32,000 nt of DNA from an uncultured bacterium (GTDB taxonomy: Bacteria; Patescibacteriota; Gracilibacteria; UBA1369; PNNO01). A program made the translations under genes and the position numbers. The notes beneath the pieces are model-generated. The model searched no databases, was not told the origin of the DNA, and saw nothing but the letters and a program-made list of their open reading frames with translations. Positions 9,681 to 16,783 of this stretch are shown here, one piece after another. Each line of letters begins with the position of its first letter. The first letter of the stretch is position 1. The stretch is taken from positions 480,001 through 512,000 of the forward strand of contig OY969931.1 of NCBI GenBank assembly GCA_963704705.1, given 5' to 3'.

Positions 9681-11333
9681 TTATATTACTATATTAAGAT
9701 AGCATTCCTCACAGAAGACTCTCTCTGGCAGTTCAGGTGAATAAGATGCCTTTATTTCCTTTCCGCAATTATCACATTTCCTGTCCCACAACTTCCTCGG
9801 ATTTCTAAGAATCATTCTCTCCAAATGTCTGCAGTCAGGGCATTTTCGTGGTACAGGAAGATCTAATTTCTTATAGAATGCAAGTTCTTTATCTATAATT
9901 TTGAAATTCTTTCCGCAATCATTACAGGCTAAAATTTCTCCAAGAATATCTTCTTTTACATCTTTAATATCTAAAGGAATTTTATATGTTTGTTTTTGAT
10001 AATCTTTCATGTCTTTTTCTTTCCATATATATCCATTTTTTAAACACGCGCTTTTATCCAATCTAAAATATTCCTGAGCAACTGTTTCATTATATGCAAA
10101 TGGCGAATATTTTATTGGAAAAAATTCTCCCCATTCTCCTGTTTTTTTCATATACTCAATTAGATTTGTGCGTAATTTTTCATATTCTTCTTTGGAATAT
10201 TGTTTGTTTAATATGCAATATTTCTTCTTATTGAGAGAAATACAACCGAATAAATTGCTGGAATTGTTAAAACATAAATTGCAGTAATTTATATCATTAT
10301 CATGCCAGCATGAATCACAGGCAATACAATTATTAATACCAGAACATCCGATTGTCTGATAACAAACTTCACTTTTATCATATCCCATACAATTCATATC
10401 CATTGAATCGTATGTTTCATCCATTTGATATCCGTAAGCTGAGTCTTCGCAGCCGGTACAATCAAAACAGGTGCGTAAATTTTTACAATTATTTAAATTA
10501 TTTCCTTCACAATTTTCACAATTAACTTTATAAACCGCTCTTACAGGAAATTTTTTTCTGAATTCGGTTTTGAAAATTTCAACTGCCTCTGAAAAATTCT
10601 TATAATTTCCAAAATTATATGATTCAAGTTGCTTAAAATAATCCTCTTTTGAATATTGTTTGTTAAAAATATAGTATTCTTTATGGCGGAGGTTAGAACA
10701 AAACAAACAATGCTTGCATCCCTTTAAATCAACAGAAAAATAGCATTCCTGACATCCTTCGCAGTGATCCAAATATACGCTTCTATATGAATTTCCTGAA
10801 AAAATGCATCCATAAGAAAGCTCACTTTCATAAAGCCATAAATAATCCATACAGTCTTTATTTTTTGTTGAATAATGACCGTACATGCAATCTTCTTCGT
10901 AGTGATTTCCAAAGGTTAAATAGCAATTTTTATTTGCAAAAGAATAATTACAATACTCACTGTTTTGAGATTGCTTATTAATAATTGCGAGCCTTGGAAC
11001 TTTTTGTAATAACTTATAAAACTGATCAAAAAAAGGTTCTTCAAAATTTACTTCATCGTTAAAATCGGTCGCATCCCAATCATCCTCCCAAAAGCACTCC
11101 TGACAATAAACAGGAAACGGCTTATCTTTCGAAAAAATTGAAATAATATTTTTTTTGCATTTATCACACTGCCTTTTATAAAGAACCCTTTCATTTCTGT
11201 AAGCGAGCCGTTTTTGCTGACGACAATCAGGGCATTCAAAAGGCTCCGGCAAATCGAGCTTTTGATAAAACTTCAGATCTTCATCTGTGAACTTGAATTG
11301 AGAATTACAGCTTATACAAGCTTTTATTTGCAT
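9681..11333 (-). CDS. Cys-rich zinc-ribbon protein, paralog 1 of 3
   Basis: CxxC...CPDCRQQKRLAYRNERVLYKRQCDKC...YCQEC at the N-terminus; homologous module at the C-terminus; many Cys in the middle; NKQYSKEEY and MKKTGEWGEFFP motifs shared with the paralogs. Confidence 0.85.
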   Translation of the reverse strand: MQIKACISCNSQFKFTDEDLKFYQKLDLPEPFECPDCRQQKRLAYRNERVLYKRQCDKCKKNIISIFSKDKPFPVYCQECFWEDDWDATDFNDEVNFEEPFFDQFYKLLQKVPRLAIINKQSQNSEYCNYSFANKNCYLTFGNHYEEDCMYGHYSTKNKDCMDYLWLYESELSYGCIFSGNSYRSVYLDHCEGCQECYFSVDLKGCKHCLFCSNLRHKEYYIFNKQYSKEDYFKQLESYNFGNYKNFSEAVEIFKTEFRKKFPVRAVYKVNCENCEGNNLNNCKNLRTCFDCTGCEDSAYGYQMDETYDSMDMNCMGYDKSEVCYQTIGCSGINNCIACDSCWHDNDINYCNLCFNNSSNLFGCISLNKKKYCILNKQYSKEEYEKLRTNLIEYMKKTGEWGEFFPIKYSPFAYNETVAQEYFRLDKSACLKNGYIWKEKDMKDYQKQTYKIPLDIKDVKEDILGEILACNDCGKNFKIIDKELAFYKKLDLPVPRKCPDCRHLERMILRNPRKLWDRKCDNCGKEIKASYSPELPERVFCEECYLNIVI

Positions 11334-11404
11334 TTAAATTTTAGATTTATTTAATAAATTTTTAATAATTAATTGGTGAAATCCAGCTGCTAGCCTCTCT
11401 TCGT

Positions 11405-11473
11405 GGGGGCAGTTGGACACTACGGGTCTTATCAAACTCAGTAGTAGGGGTTCGATTCCCCTTGCCTCCACCA
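11405..11473 (+). other. tRNA-like element: acceptor stem, T-arm and CCA, no D-arm
   Basis: GGGGGCA (11405-11411) pairs with TGCCTCC (11463-11469, one G-T); T-stem AGGGG/CCCCT with loop TTCGATT; discriminator A and encoded CCA to 11473. Only 34 nt lie between acceptor and T-arm, forming an ACTAC...GTAGT hairpin. Confidence 0.5.
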
Positions 11474-11520
11474 GATGCTAGCATGTATAATTTAGTTGAT
11501 AAGACTCGTAGACCATCTGC

Positions 11521-11548
11521 AAAAGCTCTCAAATATTTGGGAGCTTTT
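11521..11548 (-). terminator. Putative intrinsic terminator for paralog 2
   Basis: AAAAGCTC(TC)...(GG)GAGCTTTT hairpin directly after the stop at 11550. Confidence 0.55.
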
Positions 11549-11549
11549 C

Positions 11550-13187
11550 TTAAACTACTTCCTTTAAATAGCACTGTTCGCAATATACCTTTTCAGGCCG
11601 CTCTGGTAAATATGTTGTTTGAATTTCCGTTCCGCACTTATCACATTTTCTATCCCAGAGTTTTCGTGGATTTTTCCATGATTGCATTTCGAGTTGTCGG
11701 CAATCCGGGCATTTTTTTGATAATGGTGCATTAATTTTGCGATGCAGATTTAATTCCTGAGCCATTATTTTATAATTTTTACCGCAATCGGAACATGCTA
11801 ATAGTTCATTAACAATTGAGTCCGGAACTTCTTTAATTGTTACAGGAATTTTAAAGCTGGCCGGTTTGTATTCATGTGGATTTTTATCCTGCCATTTATA
11901 GCCTTTTGCCACTGCCTGCTCTTTAGTTAATGGATAGTAATCCTGTGCAGCCGAGTGATTGTAAGGGTAAAGTGATAATGACGTTGGGAAAAATTCGCCC
12001 CATTCTCCTGTTTTTTTCATGTGATCGATGATTTTGTCGCGCAGTTTTAAATATTCTTCCTTTGAATATTTTTTATTTAAAATGCAATATTTTTCTTTAT
12101 TATGCAGACCATCGCAACCAAAACAATCAGAAATACCCATTGAGATATAAATATAAGTACAATCAGGGCTAACAACAGGGCAAAAACTAAATTTTGTATT
12201 AACTGTTCTATCTCCACCTGTACTAATTTCATATGCAAGCTCAACTTTTTCATCATGATTGGTCAAATCCATTGAATCCGTTACGTTTACACAACCAACC
12301 ATATATTTTGAATCTTCAACACTGATACAATCGTAGCTTTCATGAACGTTATTACAGTTTTTAAGATAATTGCCTGATGAATTCTCGCAATTTATCAAAT
12401 TTTGATATCTTTTTGGAGTTGTTTGATTAAACTTTTTGAAATTTTTAGAAATAACTTCTTCATCGTAACTCATAATCTCTTCAACAATTTTTTCATATTC
12501 TTCTTTTGAATATTTTTGATTTTTATAATGATATTCCTTATTCGTTAGGCCGCTGCACATAAAACAATTTTTACACCCTATACAGTTCTCAAGATATGCT
12601 GAATCACTACAGCCCTTACAATTTATTAAATGATAAGAATTGTAACAATTTTGAGAATTTACACTGTAGTAAACAAGCTCACAGTCATCAAGAATAATTC
12701 CATCGCTGCAGTCCTTACATTTTTGGCTTTTAGTCAGATAATAAATATCTTCACTATAATAAGACCCTGCGCACATATACGCATTCTTACAATAAGCGAG
12801 TAATGTATTATATTCTGAATTTTCTGAATCATATACAAGAAGACATGCCTTAGGAACCTTCATCATAAGTTCATGGAATTGATCAAAAAATGGTCTGTTA
12901 AAATCAAAATCCTGACCATATTTCAAAGGATCCCAGCCATCTCTCCACCAACATTCATGGCAATATACGGGGAATTTTTCTTTTTCATTGAAAAATGAAA
13001 TTATATCTTTATTGCATTTGTCACATTTTCTTTTTGAAATATATCGTTCATTTCTAAAACTCAGTCTTCTCTGAAGCCTGCAGTCAGAACAAAAAGTGGG
13101 TTCCGGTACATTAATTTTAGTATAAAAAGCGCGATCTGAATCGGTTATTTCAAATTGTAATCCGCAGTTTTTACAAATTTTATTCAT
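11550..13187 (-). CDS. Cys-rich zinc-ribbon protein, paralog 2 of 3
   Basis: CKNCGLQFEITDSDRAFYTKINVPEPTFCSDCRLQRRLSFRNERYISKRKCDKC; C-terminal CSDCGKNYKI...CPDCR...CDKCG...YCEQCY. Confidence 0.85.
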   Translation of the reverse strand: MNKICKNCGLQFEITDSDRAFYTKINVPEPTFCSDCRLQRRLSFRNERYISKRKCDKCNKDIISFFNEKEKFPVYCHECWWRDGWDPLKYGQDFDFNRPFFDQFHELMMKVPKACLLVYDSENSEYNTLLAYCKNAYMCAGSYYSEDIYYLTKSQKCKDCSDGIILDDCELVYYSVNSQNCYNSYHLINCKGCSDSAYLENCIGCKNCFMCSGLTNKEYHYKNQKYSKEEYEKIVEEIMSYDEEVISKNFKKFNQTTPKRYQNLINCENSSGNYLKNCNNVHESYDCISVEDSKYMVGCVNVTDSMDLTNHDEKVELAYEISTGGDRTVNTKFSFCPVVSPDCTYIYISMGISDCFGCDGLHNKEKYCILNKKYSKEEYLKLRDKIIDHMKKTGEWGEFFPTSLSLYPYNHSAAQDYYPLTKEQAVAKGYKWQDKNPHEYKPASFKIPVTIKEVPDSIVNELLACSDCGKNYKIMAQELNLHRKINAPLSKKCPDCRQLEMQSWKNPRKLWDRKCDKCGTEIQTTYLPERPEKVYCEQCYLKEVV

Positions 13188-13212
13188 TATGAAGTTTGTT
13201 ATTCATGACAAG

Positions 13213-13241
13213 ACTTTATTAATGAAAGATTTTAGTGTCAA
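13213..13241 (-). promoter_or_regulatory. Putative sigma70-type promoter of paralog 2
   Basis: Minus strand TTGACA - 17 bp - TAAAGT. Confidence 0.45.
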
Positions 13242-13293
13242 ATTTGAATGTTTCACAAAGAATTTTATCTAAATAAAGCCAAATAAACAAATA

Positions 13294-14055
13294 TTAATTC
13301 TCAATCAATTGAGAAAATATATTAAATTGAGATCTTTGTATGTCAGCTATAATTTTGGATTTAACTAATACTGAACTAACATCATTTTCTTTAAAATGAT
13401 TGAATAAAATATAGTTTTCAGTATCCGAAAAAATGATAAAAGTGCCTTTAAAATTCAGGTTTAACTGATCAACCTGAGTTTTAAATTTTTTCTTAAAATC
13501 ATTGGTACAAAAGTAATCAGTATGTTTGCCGTGAGTTGTACAAATAGCATGATGTTTTGATTTTTTAATACGTAATTTTCTAAATTCGCGACCTACATCA
13601 AGTCCTCCAATTTTTGGGATGAAATTTTCAAAATCACCAAAATCCAGATTAGTTTCACCGCACCGTTGTGCAATAAAAAGGTATGGCTCAACAATTTGAT
13701 CAGGAGTATAAAAAGTTTCAATTTCCTCAACTGAATCAGCCGGACAATGTAAAAAAGGTGCGACATCCTTAATTCTACGTGCCAGTTTGCCTTTTTTCCT
13801 GCTGCTGTTTTGAAGCTGACTAACTAAAACTTTTAAAGACAATGCTTTGAAGCCTTCTTTAGCTGATTCAACCATCTTTAAATCCTCCAAACCTTCAAAA
13901 GCCCTGTAAACCGCATTCCTATCAAGGCCTGTTCTTTCAACAACTTCCCACTTTGTTTGTGCAGGATTTTTAAGAAGCTCAATATATACAAGAATTTCAG
14001 CTTCTTTTAAACCGGCTTGATTAAGTAAACTATTTAATTTTTTATATAAATTCAT
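13294..14055 (-). CDS. TrmB-like HTH transcriptional regulator
   Basis: LLNQAGLKEAEILVYIELLKNPAQTKWEVVERTGLDRNAVYRAFEGLEDLKMV, an N-terminal TrmB-type winged HTH followed by a sensor-like C-terminal domain. Confidence 0.7.
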   Translation of the reverse strand: MNLYKKLNSLLNQAGLKEAEILVYIELLKNPAQTKWEVVERTGLDRNAVYRAFEGLEDLKMVESAKEGFKALSLKVLVSQLQNSSRKKGKLARRIKDVAPFLHCPADSVEEIETFYTPDQIVEPYLFIAQRCGETNLDFGDFENFIPKIGGLDVGREFRKLRIKKSKHHAICTTHGKHTDYFCTNDFKKKFKTQVDQLNLNFKGTFIIFSDTENYILFNHFKENDVSSVLVKSKIIADIQRSQFNIFSQLIEN

Positions 14056-14079
14056 TTAAAAATTAGACAGCAGGTGTAT

Positions 14080-14108
14080 ATCTAACCAGATTTTGCAAAT
14101 ATTGTCAA
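14080..14108 (-). promoter_or_regulatory. Putative promoter of the 13294-14055 regulator
   Basis: Minus strand TTGACA - 17 bp - TTAGAT. Confidence 0.45.
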
Positions 14109-14112
14109 CAAT

Positions 14113-15759
14113 TTAAGCAACCTCATTTAAATAGCACTGTTCGCAGTATACCTTTTCAGGCCTATCTGGTGAATATGTAGTTTTAACTTCAACTCCGCAC
14201 TTATCACATTTTCTGTCCCAAAGCCTAACCGGGTTGCGCAAATCGAGCCGCACTCTATGCCTGCATTCGCTGCATGTTGAAGGAGCCGGAATTCCCTGGC
14301 GCACATAAAAATTAAATTCAGGTCTGTTAATTTTGTAATTTCTGCCACAATCTTCGCATGCCAAAACTTTATCAATAATGCCTTCTTTCAAATCTTTAAC
14401 ATTGTCAGGCACAACCAAGTCTGATTTTTTATATTCTTTTGGATCTTTTTCTCTCCATCTGTAACCGTAAGTTAAGGCCTGCTCTTTTGTTAAAGGAAAA
14501 TATTGATGTGCTGTGCCCTCGTTATATGCAAAACAAGTTAATTCAGGCGGAAAGAACTTACCCCATTCTCCTGTTTTTTTCATGTGTTCAATGATTCGGC
14601 TGCGTAAAGCACGATATTCGTCTTGTTTATATTGCTTGTTTAAAATACAAAACTGTTTGTGTTTTAGTCCGTTGCATCCGAACACATCATTGCAACTTAT
14701 AATTTGTTCGCTATATTCTATATCATTACTGTCAAAAGCAAAGTATGTGAATTTTGATTTAACACATGTAAAAGTTGCAACCATGTTATAACAAACCTCA
14801 CTTTTATGGCCAAGATACGTTGAATTAAATAAATCGGTTGAATCAACTGAAAATAAAGTCTTTACAACATCCTCGCAATCATAAATGTCATAAGAATTTT
14901 TTACATTATTCGAATTATAAATATAATCTCCGGTCACATTTTCGTTGTTTACCCCATGATAATATTTCACCACACGCTTTTTTCTTAGCTCAACAAACAT
15001 TTTAAAAATCTCATTTATTCTTGCGCGGCTTCCATTTAGCATCTCCTTCTTTTGCGCAAAGTAGTCCTCTTTTGTAAGCTGTTTATTGCCGATGCAAAAT
15101 TCCTTTTTCGTAAGTCCCGTACATAAAATACATTCATTGCATCCGATACAATCACTTATAAAATAGCAGTTGGAACAGTTTTTGGAATCAAATGCATACT
15201 GGCATCCATAACTGTCATGTGAATATCCCATAAAATAACAAAGTTCGTTTTTATTGCTTATATCAATATCGAGTGAATCTTTATTGTGCATACATAAAGT
15301 ACTGTACTGAACATCTTCATTCATATCGCCTCCAAAAACCAAATAACAATTTTTATTTCCAACCGTCATATTACAATATTCGCTATTCTCTTGTTTTAGG
15401 TTTATTAAGGCCAGACGCGGAACCTCAAGCTGCAATTCTTTAAACTGTTCAAAAAATGGCCTGTTGAAGTCAAAATCGCGGCCGAATTCCATTGCATCCC
15501 ATTTGTCCGAATACCATGCTTTTGCGGAATAAACTTTATAAGGTGAATCCGGAGCGTAAATTGAAACAATGGGATCTCCGCTCGAATCACATTTGCGGTT
15601 ATATAAAACGCGTTCATTTCTAAATGCAAGACGCCCCATATGTGAACATTTAAAGCAAAGCTTTTCAGACGGAACCTGAAATTTTTCATATAATTTCAGT
15701 TCGTCTTCTTCGATAACTATATCCGCGCCGCATTGTAAGCATTTTGAATTCATACCCAA
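14113..15759 (-). CDS. Cys-rich zinc-ribbon protein, paralog 3 of 3
   Basis: CLQCGADIVIEEDELKLYEKFQVPSEKLCFKCSHMGRLAFRNERVLYNRKCDSSG; C-terminal CEDCGRNYKI...CSECR...CDKCG...YCEQCY. Confidence 0.85.
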   Translation of the reverse strand: MGMNSKCLQCGADIVIEEDELKLYEKFQVPSEKLCFKCSHMGRLAFRNERVLYNRKCDSSGDPIVSIYAPDSPYKVYSAKAWYSDKWDAMEFGRDFDFNRPFFEQFKELQLEVPRLALINLKQENSEYCNMTVGNKNCYLVFGGDMNEDVQYSTLCMHNKDSLDIDISNKNELCYFMGYSHDSYGCQYAFDSKNCSNCYFISDCIGCNECILCTGLTKKEFCIGNKQLTKEDYFAQKKEMLNGSRARINEIFKMFVELRKKRVVKYYHGVNNENVTGDYIYNSNNVKNSYDIYDCEDVVKTLFSVDSTDLFNSTYLGHKSEVCYNMVATFTCVKSKFTYFAFDSNDIEYSEQIISCNDVFGCNGLKHKQFCILNKQYKQDEYRALRSRIIEHMKKTGEWGKFFPPELTCFAYNEGTAHQYFPLTKEQALTYGYRWREKDPKEYKKSDLVVPDNVKDLKEGIIDKVLACEDCGRNYKINRPEFNFYVRQGIPAPSTCSECRHRVRLDLRNPVRLWDRKCDKCGVEVKTTYSPDRPEKVYCEQCYLNEVA

Positions 15760-15805
15760 ATCTTATAATACTAAAAGTATTTTGCAAATTGCAAGTCACG
15801 GCAAA

Positions 15806-15835
15806 TAAAAAATGGCTTTAAATAGTCAAAAAGCC
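15806..15835 (-). terminator. Putative intrinsic terminator after the 15868-16638 regulator
   Basis: Minus strand GGCTTT-loop-AAAGCC followed by ATTTTTT. Confidence 0.55.
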
Positions 15836-15867
15836 AAATTAAATATTAACAAGCCCGCGTTAATATA

Positions 15868-16638
15868 TTAACTGTTCCAGTAGTGATTGAATTGATCCCG
15901 TTGAATTTTAAGTAATTCCGGCTGTCTTGTTATAACAACTTTTGGATCATCTTCATCGCAAATAAATAAGGTTGAACTGTCTTCGGTTATAACCATGAAA
16001 TTATCAGCAATAGGCTGTTTTGTGGTAAGTTTCATTGTTCTTTTCTCGAACGAATCACGTGATTTTAAAATATCGCCTAATTCATTGTACGGATTCATCA
16101 TTCTTACATAAATTCCACGTCGAAGTCTTTGTTGAATAAAATTACGTTCTTCGGGGCAATCAACACTCAAACCGCTTAAATTAAGAAAATTAATTACATT
16201 CCCCATTGGAAGCATTTCTTCTTTGCTCAGATTTGTTAGATTTAGATAAGCCTGTTTCATTGCATCAACACCGCATTTCACTTCAATCGGATCTTCCCGT
16301 TCTTTATCCGGATTTATAAATGATAAAAACGGATCCAGGTTTTTTAAGCCATTTTCAAGTTTTCTTAATTCTTTTTTATCATTTTGGATTTTTTTGACCA
16401 ATGATTTTAATGAAAGGGGTTTGAAAACAGATTCCTTGTTATTAATTGGAGCCGACTCAATGAGTCCTTTTTCTTTAAGATTTTTAAGAATTCTGTAAAT
16501 ATTTACAAAATGATATCCGCTAATTTCAGCTAACTTGTTAGCTGATGCCTGGCTTAATTTAAGCAGAATAAGATAGATTTTTATTTCTTCTTCTTTAAGT
16601 TCGGCCTTTTTTAATAGAGAAGTGAGTTTTTTTATCAT
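15868..16638 (-). CDS. TrmB-like HTH transcriptional regulator, second copy
   Basis: LLKKAELKEEEIKIYLILLKLSQASANKLAEISGYHFVNIYRILKNLKEKGLIE HTH; C-terminal domain collinear with the 13294-14055 protein. Confidence 0.7.
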   Translation of the reverse strand: MIKKLTSLLKKAELKEEEIKIYLILLKLSQASANKLAEISGYHFVNIYRILKNLKEKGLIESAPINNKESVFKPLSLKSLVKKIQNDKKELRKLENGLKNLDPFLSFINPDKEREDPIEVKCGVDAMKQAYLNLTNLSKEEMLPMGNVINFLNLSGLSVDCPEERNFIQQRLRRGIYVRMMNPYNELGDILKSRDSFEKRTMKLTTKQPIADNFMVITEDSSTLFICDEDDPKVVITRQPELLKIQRDQFNHYWNS

Positions 16639-16659
16639 GCAAATCGATTATCAGGATGC

Positions 16660-16688
16660 ACAATACGACGGAAGCTTGTATTTGTCAA
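16660..16688 (-). promoter_or_regulatory. Putative promoter of the 15868-16638 regulator
   Basis: Minus strand TTGACA - 17 bp - TATTGT. Confidence 0.5.
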
Positions 16689-16748
16689 GAGTGGTCGTTG
16701 GTTAATCTTATGTTAAGATATTAACCGCTTGAATAAGATATTAAATGG

Positions 16749-16777
16749 TTGACAAGATATTATAAAAATGTTATAAA
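16749..16777 (+). promoter_or_regulatory. Putative promoter of the 16784 ATPase gene
   Basis: TTGACA (16749-16754) - 17 bp - TATAAA (16772-16777); ATG lies at the expected +1. Confidence 0.6.
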
Positions 16778-16783
16778 TAAAGC

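Noticed and set aside
11405-11473. Full-length tmRNA (ssrA) on the + strand ending at the CCA
   Set aside because: A normal tmRNA would need about 300+ nt upstream, which is coding sequence of ZnR1; the matching 5' acceptor strand is only 69 nt away. A permuted form also lacks a downstream GGGG-type start.
11362-11583. 73-aa minus-strand ORF and the 90-aa plus-strand ORF at 11462
   Set aside because: Both read across the tRNA-like element and terminator hairpin; the GNRTPT-type peptide is typical of spurious antisense translation of tRNA-like sequences.
10724-15689. Multiple 60-94 aa ORFs antisense to or within the ZnR genes
   Set aside because: Shadow ORFs; the Cys/Tyr-rich sense frames are conserved between paralogs while these are not.
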